Assembly: GCA_046160105.1 (NCBI GenBank)
Contig: JBJXGT010000036.1
Location: 161,072-225,071 of the forward strand
Source: Gemmatimonadales bacterium
GTDB taxonomy: Bacteria; Gemmatimonadota; Gemmatimonadetes; Gemmatimonadales; GWC2-71-9
Direction: 5' to 3'
Length of the DNA: 64,000 nucleotides
Part shown: one piece after another, positions 46,337 through 56,405 of the stretch
How positions within the stretch are numbered: the first letter of the stretch is position 1
How the letters are laid out: the number at the start of each line of letters is the position of its first letter
Notes under the pieces: generated by a model
Told to the model about the DNA's origin: nothing
Databases searched by the model: none
Seen by the model: the letters and a program-made list of their open reading frames with translations, nothing else
Made by a program: the position numbers and the translations under genes

Positions 46337-47259
46337 CCCATCAGGCTCCGGAACACGAACAAGACGTTGGCGGGTCGTTCCGCGAGGCGCCGCATGTACC
46401 ACTTATACCAGGCAGCTCCATAGGCGATCAGCGTCTTGACCGTTTCGCCCTCACGAGTGAGTTGGGCCTGCTCACCCGTCTTGATGCCGTAGAGCATGTG
46501 GATTTCGTACCCACCCGGCTTGACGCCGAGGTCCCGCGCCTTGGCCATGATCCGCCGGATCAGGGGGATGTCGTGGGTGCCGAAGACCGGAACGCCCTGG
46601 CCCCTCGCCGCGCCCTCGAGGAGCTTGATCGAAAGATCGTAGTAGGACAGGTCGACGTCGCGCTTGGCCGGGTAGGCGACCGATTCCGGCTCGGCGTAGG
46701 CGCCCTTGACCAGGCGAATCCACGGCTTGAGCGCGAGAAGGGCATCGAGGTCTTTCCCCGACCGGAACAGATAGGCTTGGATCGCGAGCCCGCTCCTGTC
46801 GTCGACCGCCCGAACGGCGCGGTACAGCTCGATGGTTCGATCGACGTAGGAGTGATCCTCCATATCGAGCCACAACGCGGAGCCCGTCGCCTTCGCGGCG
46901 GTGGCGAGCTCCACCAGATACCCCCGACAGCGGTCGAGCGACTGATCGATCCCGAGCTGGGTCGGCTTGACCGAGATCGTGGTGGGCAGCCCGCGGCTTT
47001 GGATCTGCTTGAAGGCATCGAGATAGTGGTCGCGGACCCGCTCTGCCTCCCCGAGATCCGCGATGGCTTCGCCCAACTGGGTGATCAGGGAGCCTTGACC
47101 CTGTCCCGCCAAGGTCTTGGCCGCTCCCAACGCATCTTCGAGCGCCTCGCCAGGCATGAACTTTCGGACCGCCCGGCGAGCGAAGGCCCGCTCCGACATC
47201 TGCCGGGCGATCCACTGGCTATCGGCGGCCTTGAGCAGGAGGGTTCGGCCAAGGGACAT
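46333..47259 (-). CDS. Proline dehydrogenase (monofunctional)
   Basis: ISVKPTQLG, LDMED, QAYL, RLVKGAY, GTHD, MLYG, YMRRLAERPAN. Confidence 0.92.
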   Translation of the reverse strand: MSLGRTLLLKAADSQWIARQMSERAFARRAVRKFMPGEALEDALGAAKTLAGQGQGSLITQLGEAIADLGEAERVRDHYLDAFKQIQSRGLPTTISVKPTQLGIDQSLDRCRGYLVELATAAKATGSALWLDMEDHSYVDRTIELYRAVRAVDDRSGLAIQAYLFRSGKDLDALLALKPWIRLVKGAYAEPESVAYPAKRDVDLSYYDLSIKLLEGAARGQGVPVFGTHDIPLIRRIMAKARDLGVKPGGYEIHMLYGIKTGEQAQLTREGETVKTLIAYGAAWYKWYMRRLAERPANVLFVFRSLMG

Positions 47260-47313
47260 GAGGTCGTGCCTGTGATTCGGAGTCGGCGAGAATCTAATAG
47301 GTATATTGCCAGC

Positions 47314-48051
47314 ATGTTTCCATACAAGGACGACAACCCCACCCTCATAGCGCCGGTCGTCACCTTCTTCCTGATCGGACTCAACCTGGCGGCCTGGATC
47401 TTCGTCCAGGGGATGGGGGCGGAGCCGAATCTCTCGACCTCGGTCTGCCAACTGGGTCTGATCCCGGGCGAGGTGCTCGGGCGGCTTCCCCCGGGAACGC
47501 CGGTACCAGGCCCGCCCCGCTTCCGATGCACCACCGGCGAGGGCAGTTGGTTTCCGGTCATCTCGTCGATGTTCCTCCACGGTGGGTGGCTCCACCTGAT
47601 CGGCAACGTCTGGTTCCTCTGGGTCTTCGGCAACAATGTCGAAGACTCGATGGGCAGGTTCCGCTTCCTCCTGTTCTATCTGGTGACCGGTGTCGCGGCG
47701 GCTGCCGCCCAGGCCGCCGTCAATCCGAGCAGCGCGATTCCGATGGTCGGGGCCTCCGGCGCGATCAGCGGCGTCATGGGGGCCTATATCGTCCTCTACC
47801 CGCGGGTCCGCGTCCACATGCTGATCTTCCTTGGCATCTTCATCACCCGGATCACGGTGCCCGCGTCCTTCATGCTCGGCTACTGGTTTCTGCTCCAGCT
47901 CCTGGGCGGCCTGCCGACCCTGCAGCGCGAATCGGGCGGGGTGGCGTTCTGGGCCCACGCTGGTGGGTTCGTGGCCGGGATGCTGCTGGTCCTGCTGTTC
48001 CGCAACCCCCGGCTGATCGAGGCCCGAATCGCCCATCGCTTGCCAGGCTGA
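47314..48051 (+). CDS. Rhomboid intramembrane serine protease
   Basis: SMFLHGGWLHLIGN, VGASGAISG, VAFWAHAGGF. Confidence 0.93.
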   Translation: MFPYKDDNPTLIAPVVTFFLIGLNLAAWIFVQGMGAEPNLSTSVCQLGLIPGEVLGRLPPGTPVPGPPRFRCTTGEGSWFPVISSMFLHGGWLHLIGNVWFLWVFGNNVEDSMGRFRFLLFYLVTGVAAAAAQAAVNPSSAIPMVGASGAISGVMGAYIVLYPRVRVHMLIFLGIFITRITVPASFMLGYWFLLQLLGGLPTLQRESGGVAFWAHAGGFVAGMLLVLLFRNPRLIEARIAHRLPG

Positions 48052-48123
48052 AACTCCGAGGCTTCCCAAGCCGGTGCCAGAGGCTAGCTTCAGCGGAGGT
48101 TCCTAACCCGCGGCTGGCCCGAT

Positions 48124-50913
48124 TTGTCGCAGTCATCGGATCCCGACGATCTACCACCGCCGTACGCCCCCCACGCCCTGCTGGACTGGGTTCGCGCTGC
48201 GGTCGGGCCGGGCTGCGTCGTCGAGGCCGAGTTGGCGTCGGGGGGCATGGGGATCGTCTACCGCGGACGCGACACGGTCCTCGACCGACCAGTAGCCATC
48301 AAGATCCTCCGCCCGGAAATTGCGACGGCGATGGCGGCCGAGCGATTTCTTCGCGAGGCCCGCACCCTGGCTCGGCTGTCGCATCCGAACATCGTGCCCG
48401 TGTACCACGCGGGTGAGGCCGCTGGCCTGTTCTACTATACGATGGCCCTCCTCGACGGGCCGACCCTCGCCGACCGCCTCGACCGTGGCCTGCTCGGAGC
48501 CAAACCGGCCGTGGCCCTGGCCCGCGACGTCCTCTCGGCACTCGCCGTCGTCCATGCCGAAGGTGTCGTTCATCGGGACATCAAACCCTCCAACATCATC
48601 ATGGTGGGCGACCGCGCCGTGCTCACCGATTTCGGGATCGCCCGATCGCTCAATCCGGATGCCACCCGAGCGACCCTGCCCGGTATGCAGGTGGGCACGC
48701 CGGAATACATGGCGCCGGAACAGGCGGTGGGTGGGGCCGTCTCGCCGCAGACCGATCTGTACTCGCTCGGGTTGGTCCTCTATCAGAGCATGACCGGCCG
48801 ACCGTGGACTCCATTCGGGAATCCTGACCGCGCCGATTGGTCCGGCGTGCCTCCTCGACTGCAGCGGGGCCTTCGGCGAGCGTTGTCGCCCGAAGCTGAC
48901 CAGCGTTGGGAATCGGCCGGCGCCTTCTGGCGGGCCCTCGAGCCGCGACGGTGGACGGCGGCCCACACGGTCGCCGCCATTGGAACGGCCGGGGTGGGGC
49001 TCGCGGTCTGGCTCGGCGGCCGGCGGCCGGCGCCAGCCGGGCCGCCGGTCGGGGCGGCGTTGGTGGTGGTGGAGCCGGCCGGCCGAGGTGGCGGTCCGAC
49101 CGCTGACTCGCTCACCCAGGCGGTCGTCGACCGATTGGGCGGACATCCGGACTTCACCGTGGTACTCGGGCACGGGGTTCGGACCGACACCGGCAGCCTG
49201 GTGATCCGGTCCCGGATCGAGCCGCGGGCCGAGGGACCCTGGGTGGTGACCTCGATCCTCAACGGCACTGGAGGCCAGCGGCTTGGGCCGGCCGGCCCCC
49301 TGGCATCGTGGCGCACCCTGGCCGACTCGATCGGCGACCGGGTCGAAGGGGAACTCTGGGCCGGCGTTCTGATCCGCGATCCCTACCTGCCCCGGGGCGC
49401 CCTGCCGACCAGCCCCGAGGCACGTTTGGCGTGGAGGCGTGCCGAACGCCTCTACGCTCGCGGTCGGTGGAGCGATGCTGACATCGGCTATCGGGAGGCC
49501 GAGGATATCGACTCGACCTGCCTCCTCTGCGGCTACCGAATCATCGACATCGATCGCTGGCTGAGTCGCCCGCACGAGGAGGCTCGGGTCAATCGTCTCC
49601 GCGACCAGCGACACCGTTTCCCGGAGCACTATCGCGCGCTCCTCGCCGCGATGGAGACGCCGTGGCCGGCGCGCCGGGACTCACTCGCGGCGTTGACCGC
49701 CAAGTACCCCGCGTTCTTTCTCGGCTGGTATCTGCTGGGTGACGAAGCGTTCCATCGGGGCCCGCTGTATGGCTGGGCCCAGCGTGAAGCCATTCTGGCG
49801 CTGGAGCGAGCCGTCCACCTCAAGCCCGGCTTCGCTCCGGGATGGGGCCACCTCGCTTGGATTCTGAGCATCGAGGGCGACTCCGTCGGCGCACGCCGCG
49901 CCATCGATTCTCTCGCGGCCGCGGGCGACGTGGACCACGGCATCGAGCTGGCGGAGCGGAAGATCACCGACTTGGTGTTTGCGGCGCGATTCGGCCGGCC
50001 CGGGCGGGGCACCGCGGCGATCCTGGCGGACCAGGCGCTCCGATCGTTGCCGGATTTCGCGGCGGGACCTCGATTGCTGAACGGTTTTGGCGTGCCGGTC
50101 GGCGCCATCGCCTTGGCCGGGCCGATCAGCCGCGATCGTGAGGCCGACCTCCAGGTCTCCGGGCACCTCGGCCTGGCCTTCGGATACACCCTGGCGGGTC
50201 GCCTCGACTCGGCGCGGGCCGCGCTCGCGAGCTTGGGCGAGCTGCGCTCGACTGTCGAGACGAGTCAGTTCCCGGCCGGCTTCGACGCGCTGTTGACTTG
50301 GGCCAACCCGGACGAGGACGGCGGTGCCCTGGACCGGGCCCGGCGCGGCCTGGCCGCGATGATTCAGGGCGAGGCGGCGCCCGGGCCGCGATCGGATCCG
50401 ACCAAGGGCCTCGCGGCGCTGCTCGCGATTCGGGATAACGACCCGCCGGCAGTCCGACGATATCGGGCGATGCTCCCCGATTCGTCCGGATGGGCCACGC
50501 TGGTCGATTCGGTGGTGGCGAACGGTCTACCTCCCGAAGGGCCGCCCGCCCAGATCGCCGACCCTCCCGATCCCTTCATTCGCGCCGCGAGTCGGCTGGC
50601 GCGGGCCAGATGGCTCGACCGATCCGGGAACCCCGCGGCCGCGCATGACGAGTTGCTCTGGTACGCCAACCACGCGTTGCACGGATTTCCCTCCCGAGCG
50701 CCGCAGGCCACCGAGGTGGATTGGGCCCTTGGCGGCCTGGCCCGGTGGGAGCTCGGTGGCGCGCTCGATCATCTCGGGAGACGGGGCGCGGAGTACTGCG
50801 CCGTCTTCGGCGACGTGGCCCGGCTCTGGGAAAACGGCGATCCGCCCTTCCGGGCCCGAGCGGACTCGGCTCGCGCCCTCACCGCCCGGGCCGGTTGCCC
50901 CGGTCGCCGATGA
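48124..50913 (+). CDS. Hanks-type Ser/Thr kinase with TM segment and TPR-like C-terminus
   Basis: GGMGIVY, VAIK, HRDIKPSN, DFG, GTPEYMAPE, DLYSLG. Confidence 0.9.
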   Translation: MSQSSDPDDLPPPYAPHALLDWVRAAVGPGCVVEAELASGGMGIVYRGRDTVLDRPVAIKILRPEIATAMAAERFLREARTLARLSHPNIVPVYHAGEAAGLFYYTMALLDGPTLADRLDRGLLGAKPAVALARDVLSALAVVHAEGVVHRDIKPSNIIMVGDRAVLTDFGIARSLNPDATRATLPGMQVGTPEYMAPEQAVGGAVSPQTDLYSLGLVLYQSMTGRPWTPFGNPDRADWSGVPPRLQRGLRRALSPEADQRWESAGAFWRALEPRRWTAAHTVAAIGTAGVGLAVWLGGRRPAPAGPPVGAALVVVEPAGRGGGPTADSLTQAVVDRLGGHPDFTVVLGHGVRTDTGSLVIRSRIEPRAEGPWVVTSILNGTGGQRLGPAGPLASWRTLADSIGDRVEGELWAGVLIRDPYLPRGALPTSPEARLAWRRAERLYARGRWSDADIGYREAEDIDSTCLLCGYRIIDIDRWLSRPHEEARVNRLRDQRHRFPEHYRALLAAMETPWPARRDSLAALTAKYPAFFLGWYLLGDEAFHRGPLYGWAQREAILALERAVHLKPGFAPGWGHLAWILSIEGDSVGARRAIDSLAAAGDVDHGIELAERKITDLVFAARFGRPGRGTAAILADQALRSLPDFAAGPRLLNGFGVPVGAIALAGPISRDREADLQVSGHLGLAFGYTLAGRLDSARAALASLGELRSTVETSQFPAGFDALLTWANPDEDGGALDRARRGLAAMIQGEAAPGPRSDPTKGLAALLAIRDNDPPAVRRYRAMLPDSSGWATLVDSVVANGLPPEGPPAQIADPPDPFIRAASRLARARWLDRSGNPAAAHDELLWYANHALHGFPSRAPQATEVDWALGGLARWELGGALDHLGRRGAEYCAVFGDVARLWENGDPPFRARADSARALTARAGCPGRR

Positions 50914-52814
50914 TCACGCTCCGGGTCCTCGGCCCGATCGAGGCCACCGTCGACGGCGAACCCGCGCCCCCCGAACTTCTCTGGCGCAAGCACCTCGCAC
51001 TGCTCGTCTATCTCGTTCGCTCTCCGAAGCTAGTGAGAACCCGCGAACATCTGGTCGGCGTCTTCTGGCCGGAGAAGACCGAATCGGCGGCCCGCCACTC
51101 GCTGAGCGAGGCGCTCCGGGTGATTCGCCGTTCGCTCGGCGAAGGCGCGCTCGACTCGGGGCCCGGCCAAATCCAGCTCGCCGAGGGACTCGTCGACGTC
51201 GATGTCGACCAGCTCGAAACGTTGATGGCGCGCGGGGACAGCGCGCTCGCGGCGGCCTTGGTCGCCGGCGAGTTCATGGAAGGCTTCGCGATCGGCGACG
51301 CGCCGGCGTTCGAGGAGTGGTTGACCGACGAACGGCGTCACTGGCGGGAGCGCGGCGTCGAGGTCCTGCTCGAACAAGCGAGCACGCTCCTCGCGATCGG
51401 TCGCTCCACCGACGCCGCGGAGCTGGCCCGACGGGCTCTTGGACTGGACCGACTGTCGGAGGCCGCCTCCCGGGCGCGGATGCGGGCGTTGGCCGTCGGC
51501 GGCGAACGGAGCGGCGCGCTCGAGGAGTACGATCGGCTCCGCGCGGCACTCCGAGCGGGTCTCGACACGGAGCCATCCCGGGAAACTCGCGACCTCGCCG
51601 AACGAGTCCGGGCCGAACGGGTCTACCGCGCGGTCGAACCGCCCGCCGGTCCCGCCGCCGCGAGTCGTCGAGCCCCGATGGTGGGGCGCGAAGCCGACCT
51701 TCGGGCAATCGCGGCGTGTTGGGACCGCGCCGTCTCGGCAGCTCCCTCGGCGAGCCTGGCCATTATCGAGGGCGAGGCCGGGATGGGGAAGAGCCGGTTG
51801 GTTGACGAGTTCCTTTCCCGGGTCCGGCTCGCCGGCGCGACGACCGCCCTGGTTCGCGCGGTCGAAGGCGATGGCGCGAACGCCGGTTACGGGATCCTCG
51901 GCCTCGCCCGAGAGGGGCTCCTCACCTCACCCGGGCTGCCCGCGGCCCACCCGGACGCGATCGCCGCGTTTGCCGCCCACCTTCCCGAGTGGGCCGACCG
52001 GTTCGGCCGACCGCCGGAGGGCCGCCAGCCATTGCCGCTCGGCCCGGCTCTATCGGAGGTGGTGGCGGCCATCACTCGGGAGCGGCCCATCGTCGTGGCG
52101 GTCGACGACGCCCATTGGCTCGATGACGTTTCGATCCTGGCCCTGGGGGCACTGCTTCGCGACCTCGGCCAACGGCCGATGTTGGTCGTGCTGACCGTGA
52201 GTCCCGAGTATCGCCGCGCCGCGATCGACGACCTCCGGGTTCGCCTGTCGGGCGACTTGCCCGGGGTCGCTCGCCGGCTCAAGGCGCTGTCCGCGGCCGA
52301 CGTCCGCCGACTCTGCGAGTGGGCCCTGCTCGGCTATTCCCCGATCGACCTCGAACGGGTCGCTCGCCGGGTCGGCGCCGACTCCGCCGGAGTGCCATTC
52401 CTCGTGGTGGAGCTCCTTCACGCGATCGCCGCCGGGCTGGTGCTCGAAGCCAGCGGCGCGGCCTGGCCGGCTCCATTCCGCACCCTCGATCACAGTCTCC
52501 CCGGCGACCTTCCCGACACCGTCGTCTCGGCGATCCTGCTCTCGTTTCGCCGGCTGAGCAAACCGGCGCAGCAGACCGCGGTGGTCGCCGCGCTCGGGCC
52601 GGAGCGGGCCACCCGCGACTGTTTGGTCGCGACCGCCGAGCTGGACGAGGCGAATCTCGACCAGGCCCTCGACGAGCTCGAGTGGCAACGCTGGCTCGAG
52701 TCGGACGCCCGGGGCTACTCGTTCGTCGCCGGGATCGCTCGGCGCGTTATCGCCCGCCACCTGGTGACGCCCGGACAGCGGCGGCGGATCAAGGCCCGGC
52801 TCCCGGCGGCTTGA
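50910..52814 (+). CDS. SARP/BTAD-domain regulator with AAA ATPase
   Basis: LRVLGP, ALLVYL, FEEWLTDER, GEAGMGKSRL, VDDAHWLD; ATGA-coupled to the kinase. Confidence 0.85.
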   Translation: MITLRVLGPIEATVDGEPAPPELLWRKHLALLVYLVRSPKLVRTREHLVGVFWPEKTESAARHSLSEALRVIRRSLGEGALDSGPGQIQLAEGLVDVDVDQLETLMARGDSALAAALVAGEFMEGFAIGDAPAFEEWLTDERRHWRERGVEVLLEQASTLLAIGRSTDAAELARRALGLDRLSEAASRARMRALAVGGERSGALEEYDRLRAALRAGLDTEPSRETRDLAERVRAERVYRAVEPPAGPAAASRRAPMVGREADLRAIAACWDRAVSAAPSASLAIIEGEAGMGKSRLVDEFLSRVRLAGATTALVRAVEGDGANAGYGILGLAREGLLTSPGLPAAHPDAIAAFAAHLPEWADRFGRPPEGRQPLPLGPALSEVVAAITRERPIVVAVDDAHWLDDVSILALGALLRDLGQRPMLVVLTVSPEYRRAAIDDLRVRLSGDLPGVARRLKALSAADVRRLCEWALLGYSPIDLERVARRVGADSAGVPFLVVELLHAIAAGLVLEASGAAWPAPFRTLDHSLPGDLPDTVVSAILLSFRRLSKPAQQTAVVAALGPERATRDCLVATAELDEANLDQALDELEWQRWLESDARGYSFVAGIARRVIARHLVTPGQRRRIKARLPAA

Positions 52815-52951
52815 GATCGGCTGAAGGGGCGGTGGCATCCTCCACCGCGCCTCGGGGGCTTCGCCCGGGGCCCGTGGCCGTCGGCTGGGACGACCTGACC
52901 ATGGGGCCCGGGTGGCCATAGATTACAGGGTCACCCCCGGCGTTCGAACCT

Positions 52952-53983
52952 ATGGCAGAAACCAGACCGTCCCTTTCCCGGTACCGCTCACCGGCCGCGC
53001 CCGTGACGATCCCGCGTCCGAGCCCGCTCGGCCATCCGCCGCGCAACCAGGGGATCCCGCTCGAGCTCGATTGGGTTCGCGAGACTCGGATCAATCGCAG
53101 CGCCGTCGAACGCCGCGCCGACACCCTGCCCAAACGCCGGACCGTCAAGAAGGAGTGGCAGCTCGGCTGGCTCCTCAAGGCGGTCACCCTCATGGACCTC
53201 ACCACCCTCCAGGGCGACGATACCGACGAGCGAGTTCGCCGGCTCTGTGCCAAAGCCCGCCGCCCCGTTCGCGACGACCTGCTCGCGGCGCTCGGCTTCG
53301 GGGATCGGCCCATCACGGTCGCAGCGGTGTGCGTCTACCATCACTTCGTCGCGACCGCCGTGGCCGCGCTCGAAGGCAGTGGGATCCCGGTGGCCGCGGT
53401 GTCGACCGGCTTTCCGGCCGGGCTCAATCCGACGCCGCAGAAACTCGCCGAGATCGAGGCGTCGGTCGCGGCCGGCGCGAGAGAGATCGACATCGTCATC
53501 ACCCGAAGCCATGTGCTCCGCGGCGATTGGCGGGCCCTTTACGACGAGATCAAGGCGTATCGCACCGCCTGCGGTGCCGCCCATCTCAAGACCATCCTCG
53601 CCACCGGCGAGCTGGGCACCCTGCGGGACGTCTATCGGGCCAGCCTGGTCTGCATGATGGCCGGGGCCGACTTCATCAAGACCTCGACCGGGAAAGAGGC
53701 GGTCAACGCCACCTTGCCGGTGGGGCTGGTGATGGCCCGCGCCATCCGGGCCTACCGGGAGCGGACCGGCGCGATCGTCGGGCTCAAACCCGCCGGCGGG
53801 ATTCGGAAAGCCAAAGAGGCGCTCGACTGGCTGGCTCTGATCAAGGAGGAGCTGGGCGACCGCTATCTCGAGGCCGACCTGTTCCGGTTCGGGGCGAGCA
53901 CCCTGTTGACCGACATCGAGCGGCAGCTCGAGTTCCACCTGACCGGCCGCTACTCGGCGGCCCACCGCCACCCGACCGGCTGA
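52952..53983 (+). CDS. deoC: Deoxyribose-phosphate aldolase
   Basis: MDLTTL, AVCVY, EIDIV, LKTIL, FIKTSTGK, KPAGGI, RFGAS; alternative start GTG 53003. Confidence 0.93.
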   Translation: MAETRPSLSRYRSPAAPVTIPRPSPLGHPPRNQGIPLELDWVRETRINRSAVERRADTLPKRRTVKKEWQLGWLLKAVTLMDLTTLQGDDTDERVRRLCAKARRPVRDDLLAALGFGDRPITVAAVCVYHHFVATAVAALEGSGIPVAAVSTGFPAGLNPTPQKLAEIEASVAAGAREIDIVITRSHVLRGDWRALYDEIKAYRTACGAAHLKTILATGELGTLRDVYRASLVCMMAGADFIKTSTGKEAVNATLPVGLVMARAIRAYRERTGAIVGLKPAGGIRKAKEALDWLALIKEELGDRYLEADLFRFGASTLLTDIERQLEFHLTGRYSAAHRHPTG

Positions 53984-53996
53984 CCTTGGAGTCCCG

Positions 53997-56405
53997 ATGA
54001 CCACGGTGCGCGACGCGTTCGATTCGATGGCCTGGGGCCCGGCGCCGGAATCCACCACCCTGGCGACCGCCTGGCTGGATCGACACGGCCGGGCCTTCGG
54101 ACACGTCATCGGCGGCCGGTTCGAGCCGAGTGACGGCGCCGAGTCGTTCGAGACCAGCAACCCGGCCACCGGGGCGATGCTCGCCCGGATCGCCCAGGGT
54201 TCCCGTGGGGACGTCGACCGGGCGGTAGCGGCGGCGGCCGCCGCTCAGGCCGACTGGGAGGCGTTAGGCGGGCTCGGGCGGGCCAAGCACCTCTACGCGA
54301 TCGCCCGCCATCTCCAGAAGCAGAGCCGGCTGTTCGCCGTCCTCGAGAGTCTCGACAACGGCAAGCCGATTCGGGAGTCGCGCGACATCGACATTCCCCT
54401 GGTCGCCCGGCACTTCTACCATCATGCCGGCTGGGCCAGCCTGATGGCCACCGAGCTGCCGGGCTATCGGGCCCTCGGCGTCGTCGGACAGATCATTCCC
54501 TGGAACTTCCCGCTCTTGATGCTGGCGTGGAAGATCGCGCCGGCGCTGGCGATGGGGAACACGGTGGTGCTCAAGCCGGCCGAGTATACCCCGCTGACCG
54601 CGCTGCTGTTCGGCGAGCTCTGCGCCGAGGCGGGGCTGCCCCCCGGCGTGGTCAACATCGTCACCGGCGACGGCCGCACCGGTGAGGCACTGGTCGCTCA
54701 TCCCGGCGTGGCCAAGATCGCCTTCACCGGGTCGACCGAGGTCGGCCGGTTGATTCGGGCCGCGACCGCGGGCAGCGGCAAGAAGCTCTCCCTCGAGCTC
54801 GGCGGCAAATCCCCGTTCATCGTCTTCGACGACGCCGACCTCGACAGCGTGGTGGAGGGCGTGGTCGACGCGATCTGGTTCAATCAGGGCCAAGTCTGCT
54901 GCGCGGGGTCGCGGATTCTCGTCCAGGAGCCGGTCGCCGCGCGCCTGGTCGAGAAGCTCCGCGCCCGAATGGAGACGCTCCGAGTCGGCGATCCCCTCGA
55001 CAAGGCGATCGACATCGGGGCCATCGTCGCGCCGGTGCAGCTGGAGAAGATCGAGGCGCTGGTGGAGCAGGGCACCCGGGAGGGCGCCACGCTCTGGCAG
55101 CCGTCGTGGAGCTGCCCGAAGGATGGCCTCTTCTACCCGCCGACCCTCTTCACCGACGTCGCTCCGGCCGCGACCATTGCCCAGGTCGAGATCTTCGGCC
55201 CCGTCGTCGTCCTGATGACGTTCCGGACGCCGGCCGAATCGGTCGAGCTCGCCAACAACAGCCGCTATGGACTGGCGGCGAGTCTTTGGACCGAGAATCT
55301 CAACACCGCGCTCGATATCGCGCCCCAAGTGAAAGCGGGCACGGTCTGGATCAACTGTACCAACGTCTTCGATGCGGCCAGCGGGTTTGGTGGCTATCGG
55401 GAAAGCGGGTTCGGGCGGGAGGGTGGGAAGGAAGGGCTGTGGGAGTATGTAAGGCGGGCTGGGGGCAAGGCGCAGGGCGCAGGGCGCAAGGCGCAAGGGG
55501 CAGGGCGCAAGGCGCATGGCGGCGGGAGTAAGGGCCTTGCTGGGGCGGTGGGGGGAGGGGCAATCGATCGGACCTACAAGCTGTACGTCGGCGGGAAGCA
55601 GGCTCGTCCGGATTCGGGTTACAGCCTGACGATCGACGATGCCGCCGGGGTCCGTTTCGCCGAGGTGGGGCTCGGTAATCGCAAGGATGTCCGCAATGCG
55701 GTCGAGGCCGCTCATGCCGCCAAGGGCTGGGGCAAGGCGACCGCGCATCTCCGAGCCCAGGTCCTCTACTACCTCGCCGAGAACCTCGGGGCCCGGGCCG
55801 ACGACTTCATTCGGCTCATCGCGCGGCTGACCGGGGTGAGTCCGGCCGAGGCGGCCGATGAGGTCGACCAGTCGATCGAACGGATCTTCCGCTACGCCGC
55901 TTGGGCCGACAAGTACGACGGGCGGGTCCACGCCACGCCGCTCCGTGCCGTGACCATCGCCATGAACGAGCCGTTAGGCGTGCTCGGCGTGGTAGTGCCG
56001 GAAGGGCCATCGCTGCTCGGATTCCTGGCCACGGTGATTCCCCCGGTGGCGATGGGCAACACCGTGGTGGCGGTGCCGTCGGAGCGCTGGCCGCTGGCGG
56101 CGCTGGAGTGCTATCAGCTCTTCGACACCTCGGACGTACCCGCCGGTGTCATCAACATCGTCACCGGCAAGCGCGACGAGCTCGCCCCGGTGCTGGCGGC
56201 CCACGACGACGTGGACGGGATCTGGTACTTCGGCTCGCCGGCGGGCGGCGCCGAGGTGGAGCGGCTGGCGGCGGGCAACATGAAACGAACCTGGGTGGAC
56301 CATGGGCACGCCCGTGACTGGCTCGACCCGATCGACGGGGCCGGGGATGAGTTCCTCCGGGAGGCGACCCAGGTCAAGAACATCTGGGTTCCGTATGGCG
56401 CGTAG
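53997..56405 (+). CDS. ALDH16-type two-domain aldehyde dehydrogenase
   Basis: IPWNFP, FTGSTEVG, LELGGKSP, GQVCCAG, EIFGP; second degenerate ALDH domain. Confidence 0.9.
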   Translation: MTTVRDAFDSMAWGPAPESTTLATAWLDRHGRAFGHVIGGRFEPSDGAESFETSNPATGAMLARIAQGSRGDVDRAVAAAAAAQADWEALGGLGRAKHLYAIARHLQKQSRLFAVLESLDNGKPIRESRDIDIPLVARHFYHHAGWASLMATELPGYRALGVVGQIIPWNFPLLMLAWKIAPALAMGNTVVLKPAEYTPLTALLFGELCAEAGLPPGVVNIVTGDGRTGEALVAHPGVAKIAFTGSTEVGRLIRAATAGSGKKLSLELGGKSPFIVFDDADLDSVVEGVVDAIWFNQGQVCCAGSRILVQEPVAARLVEKLRARMETLRVGDPLDKAIDIGAIVAPVQLEKIEALVEQGTREGATLWQPSWSCPKDGLFYPPTLFTDVAPAATIAQVEIFGPVVVLMTFRTPAESVELANNSRYGLAASLWTENLNTALDIAPQVKAGTVWINCTNVFDAASGFGGYRESGFGREGGKEGLWEYVRRAGGKAQGAGRKAQGAGRKAHGGGSKGLAGAVGGGAIDRTYKLYVGGKQARPDSGYSLTIDDAAGVRFAEVGLGNRKDVRNAVEAAHAAKGWGKATAHLRAQVLYYLAENLGARADDFIRLIARLTGVSPAEAADEVDQSIERIFRYAAWADKYDGRVHATPLRAVTIAMNEPLGVLGVVVPEGPSLLGFLATVIPPVAMGNTVVAVPSERWPLAALECYQLFDTSDVPAGVINIVTGKRDELAPVLAAHDDVDGIWYFGSPAGGAEVERLAAGNMKRTWVDHGHARDWLDPIDGAGDEFLREATQVKNIWVPYGA
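55462..55517 (+). repeat. 8 x heptamer GG(C/G)GCA(G/A/T) inside the ALDH interdomain linker
   Basis: Directly visible; encodes KAQGAGRKAQGAGRKAH. Confidence 0.9.

Noticed and set aside
52952-56405. deoC-ALDH16 pairing as novel
   Set aside because: Known arrangement for disposing of acetaldehyde from deoxyribose catabolism.
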